From: Bacteroidales bacterium
GTDB lineage: Bacteria > Bacteroidota > Bacteroidia > Bacteroidales > UBA10428
Length of the DNA stretch: 64,000 nucleotides
Direction of reading: 5' to 3'
Assembly: GCA_046481675.1 (NCBI GenBank)
Contig: JAWOJJ010000147.1
Span: 16,842-80,841, forward strand
Position 1 is the first letter of the stretch, and each line of letters starts with the position of its first letter. The notes beneath the pieces are model-generated. The model was not told where the DNA came from. It did not search any database and saw only the letters and a list, made by a program, of their open reading frames with translations. A program made the translations under genes and the position numbers. This document shows positions 21,796 to 31,741 of this stretch, piece after piece.

Positions 21796-22059
21796 CTATT
21801 TTTTCTTATCGTAGTGACTCTTGTAACGATTCATGAATTTATCCACACGTCCGGCAGTATCAACAAGCTTCATCTTTCCGGTATAGAAAGGGTGAGAAGT
21901 ATTGGAGATTTCCAGCTTGATAAGCGGATATTCCTTACCATCGTCCATCGTAACTGTTTCCCTTGAAGCCGCAGTTGAGCGGGTAAGAAAAGTATGTCCG
22001 TTTGACATATCCCTGAAGGCAACCAGCCTGTAACTTTCGGGATGTATTCCTTTTTTCAT
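21796..22059 (-). CDS. rpmE2: 50S ribosomal protein L31, type B
   Basis: [11 protein letters not shown]-terminus, SHPFYTGK motif, and no CxxC zinc knuckle. Confidence 0.9.
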   Translation of the reverse strand: MKKGIHPESYRLVAFRDMSNGHTFLTRSTAASRETVTMDDGKEYPLIKLEISNTSHPFYTGKMKLVDTAGRVDKFMNRYKSHYDKKK

Positions 22060-22114
22060 TTTATTTTGCTTTATCTAATAATTCCAATTGGGGTGCAAAA
22101 ATAATGAATCCTTT

Positions 22115-23323
22115 TTAATCCTCAAAATTTCCCTGCTCCTTTTTCCTGTCCTTTTCAAATTTCTTGCTCAGGTTGTTGAACCTTTCGTAGGGGGCCTCAC
22201 GGTCAAATAAATACCGGAAAGTGATGTGGGTTTTTTCTTTAGTGGCGCCAAACTGAGTGTACATCTTGTTCACGGTAATGTTGTAATCGCCTACCCATGA
22301 GAGTTCAAGCTCTTCCATACCGTGTTCGCGCATGGTATCCGTTAGTTTAATATAAATGCCCCCTACCACACCGGTACGCTGAAATTCAGGTACTACCCCT
22401 GAAATTAGCAGCCTTCCGCGTGTTATGGCTCGTTTTTTATAATACAGCAGTTTGAGGATATTGATAAAACCGAGCCGTCCGTTTTTCAGTTTCCTGAATA
22501 CCTGGTTCATGTCGGGGAAAACAATTAAAAACCCGATAGGCTGCCCCTTATTGTAACCAAACCAGATGTATTTTTCATCGAGTATGGCTCTGGCTTCCTG
22601 GAAAATACCATAGAAATCTTCAAATTTCAGGGGCGTGTAGTTTTCCAGAAATTCTGACCATATTTTATTGTACATCACCACCATCTCACGGATGTATTTC
22701 TCAGCCTCTTTCATTTCGAGGTGTTTGAAAGAATAGTCGGGTTTACGCCAGAAACGTTCACCAAAATTCCGCATTTGTTCGGGATAGGGGCGACTGAAAT
22801 TATCGTGAAAACTGTATTGCTCAAAATAGGTTTTAAACCCATAGGTTTCAAAAAGCGTTCGGTAGTATGGAAAATTATAGGGCATGCCATAACCCTGTGG
22901 CATAAAACCTTCAACCAGCAAACCCCAGTTCATGAAATTTTCTCCATAATTTATAGGGCCATCCATGGCTTGCATGCCTTTTTCAGTAAGCCAGTTTTTA
23001 GCTGTATCAAAAAGCAGGTTAGCTGCCTGTTGATCGTTTATACATTCAAAGAAGCCCATGCCACCCGTTGGCTGTGGATTATGATTGGCTTTCCGCTCGT
23101 CGTAAAAGGCGGCGATCCTGCCAATCAGTAAATCCTGATCGTTCTTCAGAACCCACCTGCATGCATCGCCATGCTTAAATGAAGAATTCTTTTGGGGATT
23201 GAAGGTGCTTTCAATTTCCATATCCAAAGGACATGTCCAGTTTGGATCATTTTTATAAAGTATTTTAGGTACTTCCAGAAATTCCCTGATGGTCGTTTTG
23301 TCTTTTACTTCAATAAGCTTCAT
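22115..23323 (-). CDS. GNAT-like acyltransferase-fold protein, function unknown
   Basis: About 402 aa from MKLIEVKD (ATG 23323, 4 nt after the stop of the upstream gene). The C-terminal segment ISGVVPEFQRTGVVGGIY resembles a GNAT acetyl-CoA motif (Q/RxxGxG/A). Confidence 0.4.
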   Translation of the reverse strand: MKLIEVKDKTTIREFLEVPKILYKNDPNWTCPLDMEIESTFNPQKNSSFKHGDACRWVLKNDQDLLIGRIAAFYDERKANHNPQPTGGMGFFECINDQQAANLLFDTAKNWLTEKGMQAMDGPINYGENFMNWGLLVEGFMPQGYGMPYNFPYYRTLFETYGFKTYFEQYSFHDNFSRPYPEQMRNFGERFWRKPDYSFKHLEMKEAEKYIREMVVMYNKIWSEFLENYTPLKFEDFYGIFQEARAILDEKYIWFGYNKGQPIGFLIVFPDMNQVFRKLKNGRLGFINILKLLYYKKRAITRGRLLISGVVPEFQRTGVVGGIYIKLTDTMREHGMEELELSWVGDYNITVNKMYTQFGATKEKTHITFRYLFDREAPYERFNNLSKKFEKDRKKEQGNFED

Positions 23324-23327
23324 AGGT

Positions 23328-24797
23328 TCACAATTTAAACCATTCTCCAATCCAGTCGCAAGAAGCGTGAACATGGGAGCGGTGTTCAAATTCGTTTTTT
23401 TTGGGGTTATAAATATACTCTTTTTTCCAATCGGTATAATTCGCCACAATTTCTTTTAAGGCAAGGATAAAAAAAGCAACATCTGCACGGGTCAGCACCG
23501 GATGCAATGAAACTCTAACCCATCCGGGCTTCTCAGAGAGATCTCCGTGACTTATCTTTTCTGTGATCTGATGCGAACGGTCGTAACTGACCTCGAGCAG
23601 AAAGTGACCGTAAGTGCCTGCACAAACGCAACCTCCTCTCACCTGAACGCCGAAACGGTCGCTCAACAGTTTGGCAATCAGGTTGAAATGGATATCTGCA
23701 TGATAAAAAGAGATGATTCCCAGCCGATGGGCCTGCTGATCGCCGAGTATTCGTATGCCGGGTATTGCGTTCAGTTCTTTCATCATTTGCCGGGTGAGTT
23801 CCTCCTCCCGTTGCAGGATTTGCTGCACACCCATTTTCTCTTTGAGCTTAATGGCCAGACTTGCCCTGATTGCCTGCAAAAACCCCGGTGTACCGCCATC
23901 TTCGCGAGCCTCAATATCATCAACATATTTGTATTCTCCCCAGGGATTGGTCCAGTCAACCGTACCCCCCCCCGGATCATCAGGAATATCTGAAAGGTAA
24001 AGCGACCTGTCGAAGATGAGCACTCCTGAAGAACCGGGACCTCCGAGAAACTTATGCGGCGAAAAGTAAATGGCATCAAGTTTCTGTAACGGATCTTCCG
24101 GATGCATGTCAATTTCAACATAAGGTGCGGAGGCTGCAAAATCAACGAAACACAGGCCCTGATACTTATGCATGATAGCTGCCATTTGGTGGTAGGGGGT
24201 GATAATTCCGGTTACATTGGAACAGGCGGTAAACGCGCCTATTTTAAATTTGCGGTTGCTGTATTGCTGAAGCGATTTCTCAAGAACGTCGGGATCCACC
24301 AAAAGTGAACCGGAAGGAGGCAGCATCACAACATCGGCAATGGTCTCGTACCACGAGGTTTGGTTGGAATGATGTTCCATGTGGGTAATGAAAACCACCG
24401 GACGCTCGCTCAATTCAACACACTCATGACGGATCCGCTTGTTGCCGGTTCGCAGGCTCAAAATACGCTGCAGCTTGTTTACAACGGTAGTCATTCCCGA
24501 ACCCGCCGTAATGATCACATCATTTGGTCCGGCATGAACATGCCTTTTGATGGTATCGTGTGCATGTTTATAGCAAAGCGTCATCCGGCTGCCTGCTTCG
24601 CTGGCCTCTGTATGGGTATTGGCCACAAAGGGCCCAAACTCGCGAATCATCTTTTCTTCAACAGGCCGATACAACCTTCCGCTTGCCACCCAGTCGAAAT
24701 ACCTGAGTTTTTTTATGCCATAAGGTGTCCGGTATCGGGTATCCGCACCAATGACCTTTTTGCGGAAGGGTTCGAAATACTGTTCAAGCTCAGGCAT
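23328..24797 (-). CDS. Aminotransferase class V-fold PLP enzyme (cysteine desulfurase/selenocysteine lyase-like)
   Basis: 489 aa with HMEHHSN and FSPHKFLGGPGSSGVL (SxHK PLP-lysine motif). Confidence 0.75.
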   Translation of the reverse strand: MPELEQYFEPFRKKVIGADTRYRTPYGIKKLRYFDWVASGRLYRPVEEKMIREFGPFVANTHTEASEAGSRMTLCYKHAHDTIKRHVHAGPNDVIITAGSGMTTVVNKLQRILSLRTGNKRIRHECVELSERPVVFITHMEHHSNQTSWYETIADVVMLPPSGSLLVDPDVLEKSLQQYSNRKFKIGAFTACSNVTGIITPYHQMAAIMHKYQGLCFVDFAASAPYVEIDMHPEDPLQKLDAIYFSPHKFLGGPGSSGVLIFDRSLYLSDIPDDPGGGTVDWTNPWGEYKYVDDIEAREDGGTPGFLQAIRASLAIKLKEKMGVQQILQREEELTRQMMKELNAIPGIRILGDQQAHRLGIISFYHADIHFNLIAKLLSDRFGVQVRGGCVCAGTYGHFLLEVSYDRSHQITEKISHGDLSEKPGWVRVSLHPVLTRADVAFFILALKEIVANYTDWKKEYIYNPKKNEFEHRSHVHASCDWIGEWFKL

Positions 24798-24971
24798 ATG
24801 TATAATTTACCCGATAAAAATAGCATACTTTTTTAAATAATCCCCTGACTAATATCCAGATTGACGGTTTGTTGAGAGGATATTGCAGCTTTTTTAGGGT
24901 ATTTATTTTTAAAACATCAAAAGATCATTAAATTTGCGCCTCCATCTTAAAAGGATGGACCTATTTTAAAT

Positions 24972-25046
24972 GGTGGTCGTAGCTCAGTCGGTTAGAGCGC
25001 CAGATTGTGGATCTGGAGGTCGCCGGTTCGAACCCGGTCTTCCACC
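24972..25046 (+). tRNA. tRNA-His (GTG), with atypical acceptor stem by hand fold
   Basis: Hand fold gives G-1, D arm GCTC/GAGC, anticodon stem CCAGA/TCTGG with loop TTGTGGA, and T arm GCCGG-TTCGAAC-CCGGT. The acceptor strands GTGGTCG vs CTTCCAC leave 5:68 (T.T) and 6:67 (C.T) unpaired. Confidence 0.8.
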
Positions 25047-25273
25047 CAATTAGCCTGAAGCAATTCAGGCTTTTTTTATATTAGCCGAACTTGAAACGCT
25101 AAAGACCGGGTGAGAAGTTTATCCCGCTGCAGCGTAGCGGAAGCGGGAAACCCGGTCTTCCACCCAATTAGCCTGAAGCAATTCAGGCTTTTTTTGTATT
25201 AGCCGAACTTGAAACGCTAAAGACCGGGTGAGAAGTTTATCCCGCTGCAGCTTAGCGGAAGCGGGAAACCCGG
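25031..25273 (+). repeat. 118-bp tandem duplication starting inside the tRNA-His T arm (2 full units + 7-bp third initiation)
   Basis: Units 25031..25148 and 25149..25266 differ at 2 of 118 positions. AACCCGG recurs at 25267. Each unit holds the tRNA 3' end, the terminator hairpin and a CCGCTGC-agc-GTAGCGG hairpin. Confidence 0.9.
25052..25077 (+). terminator. Rho-independent terminator after tRNA-His (second copy at 25170..25195)
   Basis: AGCCTGAA-gcaa-TTCAGGCT followed by T7. Confidence 0.7.
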
Positions 25274-25277
25274 GCGA

Positions 25278-26054
25278 TCAATTGCAGTATTTGCGCTTGT
25301 TATCCATAGCGCCCATGTTACCCAGGCGGATAGCCCGGCTGAAATCGGAACAGGCACTGTCTTTCTGCCCGACTTTTATCTTAACCACACCCCGGTTTGA
25401 ATAGGCCATGGAAAAATCCGGATCAATGTCAATGGCAATACTAAAATCATTCAGGGCTCCAACATAATCTTTCAAACTATAGCGCGCCATCCCCCTGTTA
25501 TTATAAGCATCCACAAATTTACGGTTCACTTCAATGGCAAGTGAAAAATCATTTATTGCGCCCTGGTAATCTTTGAGGTTCATTCTGGACAATCCCCTGT
25601 TGTTATAAGCTTCTACCTGTTTGGGGTCAAGTGAAATAGACTGAGAATAATCTTCTATTGCACCGGTAAAATTCTTCATGTCCAACTTCACATTACCCCG
25701 GTTATTGAGGCATTCCGCGTAATTTGGATCAATTCTGAGGGCTTCTGAAAAGTCGCTCAGGGCTCCTTCCCGGTCGTTACTTTTTCTTTTGGCCACGCCG
25801 CGGTTGTTATAGGCTTTCGCAAACCTGGGCTCAAACTCAATTGCCAGGGTAAAATCATCAATGGCTTCGTAATATGATCCCTTTTCCATAGCCTCATTAC
25901 CCCGGTTGAAAAAAAGTTCGGCCTGTTCATTGATTCCCTGGTAACCTTTTATCGCATCGTCAATCATGTTCTGACGCCTGCCTGTAACCTGCGTATAGCC
26001 AATATTTACTATATACAGCAGTATCATAATAAAATAAAACCTGCTCCTGTTCAT
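25278..26054 (-). CDS. Tetratricopeptide (TPR) repeat protein
   Basis: 258 aa with an N-terminal hydrophobic anchor and about seven consecutive 34-aa units of the form A..YNNRG......Y.GAI.DFS.AI..DP. Confidence 0.8.
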   Translation of the reverse strand: MNRSRFYFIMILLYIVNIGYTQVTGRRQNMIDDAIKGYQGINEQAELFFNRGNEAMEKGSYYEAIDDFTLAIEFEPRFAKAYNNRGVAKRKSNDREGALSDFSEALRIDPNYAECLNNRGNVKLDMKNFTGAIEDYSQSISLDPKQVEAYNNRGLSRMNLKDYQGAINDFSLAIEVNRKFVDAYNNRGMARYSLKDYVGALNDFSIAIDIDPDFSMAYSNRGVVKIKVGQKDSACSDFSRAIRLGNMGAMDNKRKYCN

Positions 26055-26320
26055 GATGTCAATTGGTGTAACTCTGTTTAATTAACTTATTTCAGATTGT
26101 TATTATTATACTGATTCCCCATAATTTGGTTATCAATCAGTCTGCAAATATATAATCTATTCCAATTGTTGACCAGCCTGAACCGGTATAAAATATCCCC
26201 GCCATTATTTTGCAGTAACCGGAAATCAGAACCGCCTGATTCTTACAGCCATCGTAAAAGCTGATTACCTTCAGATTCCTGATATACCGACAGATCCCCG
26301 GCCTATTTACAGTCCGTAAC

Positions 26321-28984
26321 TTACTTGAGATCAAGCGATACCCGTATGCCCACAGCATTATATTTCCAGTCGCTGAATCCGGCAAATACGCCCACACTGC
26401 CCATAAGGTAAATCTGGCTCACACTGTAGCCCGCTTCAAGGTAATGCGGAAGATTACTGCCGGTAAGGTAATTCAGGTGGAGATTTTCACACCACAGTTT
26501 ATTGCTCAGGAAAGGCAGATACTTTATTAATAAATAAGGTGTGGTAAAGGTAATATGGGCTTCGGCAAATTCGCCGGAAGTGTTGTTGCGATAATAAGGA
26601 AGGAGCCTGAAAGCATCCGTATGGTCAGTCACCAGCACTGGTAAATCCTGGTTGTTGAAATACTTATAATCCATGGCAAAGATCCTGTTTGTATTCAGAA
26701 ACTTTCCTGCTTTGATGTGATATGAAAATGCATGCATCATGCCCCACTCCCTGGTTTGTTTCACCCCCATTTCAAAAAGGTCATAATCAGCCGTACTGTT
26801 TGCTATCCCCGGAACCGCCATTTTATTACGCACATAAAGTGTGGGGTATTTTGAATGCTGGTAACGCTTTTCACCTTTCGAGATCCTGTAGTAATGGCGC
26901 GGAGTAAATTCAAACTGTGCATCCCAGAATGCTTCTTCGTTGTAAACATTACCTGATAACCAATCCGGACTGTCACTGGCCCGGTTTGGTGAATAGTCTC
27001 TTTCATTGCGGAAAAAGAAGGAAAAATCAGCATGGTTCATCAACGGACTTGCCGTTTGGTAACCTATTGAAGCAGTCAGATTCAGACCGTTGGCCAGGTC
27101 TATTTTGTTGGAGACAAAGGCCAGGTTTTGTGCATATAGTTTCATGTAATTCCTTCTGAAGAACAGGGATGCAATGGAATTCACTGTATGGTGAATACCT
27201 GTTTCACTGTTGTAATCAGCCGATCCGCCTGAAATGTGCAATGTCAGGTTGCCACGCCTCAACGGCGCATAATGGTAATTGATGTCGGCCCACCACATCA
27301 ACCTTTCACGGCTAAACGCCCAGGCAACTCCCGGTGTGATTTTCAAACGGTGTGCCGAATCAATCCGCTGCTCCAGACTTAGTGATTGCCTGAAAACAAA
27401 GCCATCAACTGTATTGAAATCAAAATTATTCAGACTGATCAGCCCGTTATAGTGAATTCGCAGTGTTGTGTCAAACATCCAAAAGCCTGTTCCCGAGAAG
27501 ATTGCATTGGTAACTTTTTTCAGCCCTGCCGGCATACCTTTCTTTGACGCAGAGTCTGCCTCCTGCTTTTTGTCAGTTTTTGCATTCAGGGTACTGTCAG
27601 ACATGCCGGGGATTGTATTTTCGATCGCCGACAATGGAATAGGCCTTACGGTATTCCAGAAGGAGGTATCGTTTCGCAAGGCATCCTTTTCAACCGTAAG
27701 TGTCCGGCTATTTTCTTTAATCTCAAGCGACTTGGAGTCCGTTGTGTCTGATTTTGCCTCTTTGTTCATTAGCGTCGCCAGCTTCACCATGTCGCGGTTT
27801 GAAAGTGCTTCCTTATCCATCAGCTTTTCAATTTCCAGTTGTTGCTTTGTTTTCTTTTCTTCTGCTTTAACTGGTGTAGCAGGCTCCTGTTTGCCTTCAG
27901 GCTCATGCACCCGTGCCGGAACAAGGGCGTTTTTTTTGTTGAGTGCCACACTGGTGAACTTTTCCGAACTCGTATATTTATAGGTGGCCTTAACACCCAT
28001 AAGATTTGCATCCACAACTATCTGGTGGCTTACCGGAAGCCAGGCTCCCTGTTGCACTGAAGCATAAATGACCTTGATATTCATGTCTCCGAAAAACATT
28101 TTCATGGACATATCGGCAGAATGCAAACAATACAACCTGTCAACTATAAATAAGTAACCGCTCATCAACTGCTGACTGTTGCGCTTGGGGGTAATCCTTA
28201 TTTTGAAAATAACCCGGCTGCCCTCATCAAAAAATCCCTCGTACCTGTATGTATAGTAATTTAGTGCCTTGGGCGACAATGGAGAAATGAAACCTTCCAC
28301 CTCAGGCGCATACAAACTTGAAGAGATCAAACCAACGGGATTCACGTCCTCATTATTCCAGGGGAATGTACTTCTGAACGACAACACTTTTTGCTCATAC
28401 TTGTCGGGCGCCCTGAAATGAATGCGATTTACCGATTCCTCCAAAAAAACATCGCCGGTTTTCAGATGATACTCTTTGCCATTAGTCGATACCGCAGCGT
28501 GCTTCGAAATAATACGGGGCATTTTCAAAATATTCAAAGTCCCTCTTAAGTATACATCTGCCTCGTATTCATCCACCTGGTTCAGATGGTAGGGTGCAAG
28601 GCCAATTACTTTACGCATGATGGCATAGGCAGGATCCTCTTTCCCGGGTGTAATCACCACCTCTTTCACAGCCACGGGCTGCTCTTTCATCACCACATCA
28701 ATCTGCACAGGGTTGTTGCTGAGCTCAACAATTTTTCGCACCTGGTGGTAACCCATGGACTTATAAACAATAACATGACTGCCGGGCTCAAGTTTGAGTT
28801 CATAATTGCCGTCAGCGTTTCCGGTAACTCCGGTAAAAGAGGTTTCATCATAGATTACAACAAAGGGAACCGGCTCATTCAAGTCATTGGTAATACGGCC
28901 CTTTACTGATTGAGAAGCACCCGGAAGTGAAGCAACAAAGTAAAGTACAACAATTGGGAAAATGAAAAACAGCTTATGGCGCAT
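26321..28984 (-). CDS. CarboxypepD_reg-like + DUF5686-type outer-membrane-associated protein
   Basis: Signal peptide from MRHKLFFIFPIVVLYFVASLPGASQ (ATG 28984), an N-terminal carboxypeptidase-regulatory-like beta-sandwich (VKGRITNDLNEPVPFVVIYD...YELKLEPGSHVIVYKSMGY) and a long beta-rich C-terminus. Confidence 0.6.
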   Translation of the reverse strand: MRHKLFFIFPIVVLYFVASLPGASQSVKGRITNDLNEPVPFVVIYDETSFTGVTGNADGNYELKLEPGSHVIVYKSMGYHQVRKIVELSNNPVQIDVVMKEQPVAVKEVVITPGKEDPAYAIMRKVIGLAPYHLNQVDEYEADVYLRGTLNILKMPRIISKHAAVSTNGKEYHLKTGDVFLEESVNRIHFRAPDKYEQKVLSFRSTFPWNNEDVNPVGLISSSLYAPEVEGFISPLSPKALNYYTYRYEGFFDEGSRVIFKIRITPKRNSQQLMSGYLFIVDRLYCLHSADMSMKMFFGDMNIKVIYASVQQGAWLPVSHQIVVDANLMGVKATYKYTSSEKFTSVALNKKNALVPARVHEPEGKQEPATPVKAEEKKTKQQLEIEKLMDKEALSNRDMVKLATLMNKEAKSDTTDSKSLEIKENSRTLTVEKDALRNDTSFWNTVRPIPLSAIENTIPGMSDSTLNAKTDKKQEADSASKKGMPAGLKKVTNAIFSGTGFWMFDTTLRIHYNGLISLNNFDFNTVDGFVFRQSLSLEQRIDSAHRLKITPGVAWAFSRERLMWWADINYHYAPLRRGNLTLHISGGSADYNSETGIHHTVNSIASLFFRRNYMKLYAQNLAFVSNKIDLANGLNLTASIGYQTASPLMNHADFSFFFRNERDYSPNRASDSPDWLSGNVYNEEAFWDAQFEFTPRHYYRISKGEKRYQHSKYPTLYVRNKMAVPGIANSTADYDLFEMGVKQTREWGMMHAFSYHIKAGKFLNTNRIFAMDYKYFNNQDLPVLVTDHTDAFRLLPYYRNNTSGEFAEAHITFTTPYLLIKYLPFLSNKLWCENLHLNYLTGSNLPHYLEAGYSVSQIYLMGSVGVFAGFSDWKYNAVGIRVSLDLK

Positions 28985-29140
28985 AAAAGAATATCTATAT
29001 GTAACACGACGATTCACTACAAGAAAATGTTACAAGCAAAGATATTATTCTCAGGAATAAATTACCTGATGCTGCCGGAGGCCTTTTGATACAGGCCGGT
29101 TAAAAATGATGAGGTTTTTCAGGAACTGAACAGCAGGCAA

Positions 29141-29611
29141 CTAACGGTTCACAGATTCAATTAATTGTCCGTTTTCAGTAAAATAATCCCACTGGCCGAT
29201 TTTTTTGTTTTTCTCGAAACGTCCTTTTTCCTTTACCTTACCATTGTGGTAAAGCGAAATGAATGAACCGTTAAGATGATCCTGCTTATAGTGTGCTTCA
29301 ATGGTTTTTTGACCCTGCTCGTTAAAAAATTCCCATTTGCCTGATATCTGGCCCTTATGATAACTCCCCTTCCTGCGCAATTGTCCGTTTTTATGCCATG
29401 CCTGTGCTTCGCCATGCAACACCCCGTTTCTGAATGTGAACTCTTCTTTCACAAGATCTGAGTTTCGGAAAACCACAATACATTTACCCGAATAAGGCTT
29501 ATAACTGTCTTTTACATAAAAAACATCAGCGCCTATTTCATCTTCTGAAACGGTGATTTTGCTGCTACAGGCTGCCGTCAACAGCATCAGGATGTATATA
29601 TACCATTTCAT
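29141..29611 (-). CDS. MORN-repeat-variant (YwqK-like) lipoprotein
   Basis: Lipobox LLTAAC from ATG 29611. Repeated G..HG....W..NGQL...G.Y..G...G.W..F units. Confidence 0.6.
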   Translation of the reverse strand: MKWYIYILMLLTAACSSKITVSEDEIGADVFYVKDSYKPYSGKCIVVFRNSDLVKEEFTFRNGVLHGEAQAWHKNGQLRRKGSYHKGQISGKWEFFNEQGQKTIEAHYKQDHLNGSFISLYHNGKVKEKGRFEKNKKIGQWDYFTENGQLIESVNR

Positions 29612-29740
29612 TGTTTCAAACTTCGTTAATAGTGTTGTTCTGCTACTAATAACGAGATGCCTGTTCACAGGTTAATTATTGTTGATGAACAAAGCAATAT
29701 TGCCAATGAAAATAGTAAATGAAAGGATAAACCGCCTGAA

Positions 29741-30184
29741 CTATTTTCTGAGTTCGGCTTCCCTGGTCCAGTCCTCAGCCCTGCCCACGAACTTCATGCC
29801 CAGCACATATCCCTTCAGGGTCATTTTGTTGTCATCGCCGTCAAACCACATAAAGCAATCATATGTTTTGCCATTGTCTGGATCATATACAGTGCCGCCT
29901 TCCCATCTTTTCTTATCCGCATTGTATGAGAAATCCTTAAGAATCATCAGACCCTGAATTTTCTTACTTCGCTGCGCGGGATCCGGATTATTCACATCAA
30001 GCTTGTCCTTCTCCGTTTCCAGCCATTCAACTTTTCCGTAATACTTGCCATTGGTAGCCTTGAATATCCTCACCTGCGAGGTTCCCTTAGCCGGCACCCA
30101 AATACCGGCAATTTTATCAGCCTGACTGTAAGCAAAGGATGCAGATAGAAACATGCAGGCAATCAAAAAGAGACATTTCTTCAT
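29741..30184 (-). CDS. DUF2147 domain protein (secreted)
   Basis: 147 aa with a signal peptide and GIWV...GKVEWL...NNPDP...G..IL......W.GG.VYDP.NGKTY pattern typical of DUF2147. Confidence 0.75.
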   Translation of the reverse strand: MKKCLFLIACMFLSASFAYSQADKIAGIWVPAKGTSQVRIFKATNGKYYGKVEWLETEKDKLDVNNPDPAQRSKKIQGLMILKDFSYNADKKRWEGGTVYDPDNGKTYDCFMWFDGDDNKMTLKGYVLGMKFVGRAEDWTREAELRK

Positions 30185-30217
30185 AGTAATTGGTTTTTGG
30201 TGAACTCGGAAATAAAG

Positions 30218-30712
30218 TTAACTTTTTCTTTCTAATACAATGTAATCATAGGTGAAATCGGCATTCACTTCTGCCTGGTGTGCTTCCTTCGAAATTTCAA
30301 TCCATTCATCCGTATTGATTTCCGGGAAAAAGGTATCCGCGTCAAAGCATTTGTTGATCCGTGTCAGGTAAAGCCGGTTTGCATAAGGCAGGAATTGCCT
30401 GTAAACTGAAGCTCCCCCGATAATAAAGGTTTCCCTGCCCTCTTCGCAATGATCCAGGGCTTCCGCTATTGAAGAAACCATGATGCAACCATCAAAGCGA
30501 TCCTGCGGATTATCGGAAATCACTATATTCCTTCTGTCCTTTAAAGGGCCCCCGGGTAACGAAAGAAAGGTATTCTTCCCCATGATGACCGTATGGCCCG
30601 AAGTGGTCTTTTTGAATCGCTTCAAATCACCCGGTATATGGCACAGCAGCTTGTTATCCTTACCTATGCCATTATCGCCTGCTACTGCAACTATAATAGA
30701 AATCTTCTTCAT
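30218..30712 (-). CDS. folA: Dihydrofolate reductase
   Basis: 164 aa with IIVAVAGDNGIGKDNKLLCHIPGDLKRFK and IIGGASVY motifs, directly downstream of thyA. Confidence 0.9.
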   Translation of the reverse strand: MKKISIIVAVAGDNGIGKDNKLLCHIPGDLKRFKKTTSGHTVIMGKNTFLSLPGGPLKDRRNIVISDNPQDRFDGCIMVSSIAEALDHCEEGRETFIIGGASVYRQFLPYANRLYLTRINKCFDADTFFPEINTDEWIEISKEAHQAEVNADFTYDYIVLERKS

Positions 30713-30715
30713 TGC

Positions 30716-31510
30716 TTATACAGAAATTGCTCCTTTTATATGAGGATGCGGATCGTAATTTTCAAGCGTGAAATCTTCAAATTCAAAACGGTTTATGTCT
30801 TTCACCAGGGGATTTATATTCATAACCGGCAAAGGCCTGGGTTCCCTGGCAAGTTGAATTTGTACCTGTTCCAGGTGGTTATTATAAATGTGGGCATCTC
30901 CAAAAGTGTGCACAAATTCTCCGGGTTTCAGGCCGGCAGCCTGGGCAACCATCATCAGCAACAACGAATAGGAGGCAATGTTGAAAGGTACTCCCAGAAA
31001 AATATCTGCGCTTCGCTGGTAGAGCTGGCATGACAGCGTACCATTTGCCACATAAAACTGGAAAAGCACATGACACGGAGGAAGAGCCATATTCCGAAGG
31101 TCTCCCACATTCCATGCGCTGACCAGATGCCTGCGTGAATCGGGATTTTCTTTGATTGATCTGATTACCCGCTCTATCTGGTCGATGGAACCACCCTGGT
31201 AATCAGGCCAGCTACGCCACTGATATCCGTAAATATGGCCGAGGTTGCCCTGCGGGTCGGCCCATTCGTTCCAAATGTTTACCTTGTTTTCATTGAGATA
31301 TTTGATATTTGTATCCCCCTTGAGAAACCAGAGTAACTCGTAAATGATTGATTTCAGGTGAAGCTTTTTGGTTGTCATTAACGGAAAACCCGCACTCAGG
31401 TTAAACCGCATCTGGTATCCGAATACGCTCAGTGTTCCGGTGCCGGTTCTGTCTTTTTTCTCAGTACCGTTATCCATTACATGCTGAAGCAGGTCGAGGT
31501 ATTGTCTCAT
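30716..31510 (-). CDS. thyA: Thymidylate synthase (ThyA type)
   Basis: 264 aa with the catalytic Cys context [13 protein letters not shown] and [17 protein letters not shown]. Confidence 0.95.
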   Translation of the reverse strand: MRQYLDLLQHVMDNGTEKKDRTGTGTLSVFGYQMRFNLSAGFPLMTTKKLHLKSIIYELLWFLKGDTNIKYLNENKVNIWNEWADPQGNLGHIYGYQWRSWPDYQGGSIDQIERVIRSIKENPDSRRHLVSAWNVGDLRNMALPPCHVLFQFYVANGTLSCQLYQRSADIFLGVPFNIASYSLLLMMVAQAAGLKPGEFVHTFGDAHIYNNHLEQVQIQLAREPRPLPVMNINPLVKDINRFEFEDFTLENYDPHPHIKGAISV

Positions 31511-31741
31511 GATCTACATTGTGTGATGCGGTAAAATTAATAAAGATAAAACTCGTGAGCACATACAGGTAACAAAGTTATTTACAGGTGTTGATTTCTT
31601 TTAAGTTATTAACATTGAGACAACATTAAATTTTTACTACATTTAGCCAATAATCAAGCGGGCGATTATAGCAGGATCTGTCCTGACCATGTAACGAATA
31701 TTGTAAATAAGCGTATTTATTAACCAAGAATACCTGACATT

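Noticed and set aside
24972-25273. Integrated prophage/ICE at tRNA-His
   Set aside because: The duplicated tRNA 3' ends are only 118 bp apart, with no integrase or cargo between or beside them. It is kept only as a possible recombination scar.
26137-26397. 86-aa minus-strand ORF between the TPR and DUF5686 genes
   Set aside because: It overlaps the 3' end of the DUF5686-type gene in another frame and has no signal, motif or plausible start context.
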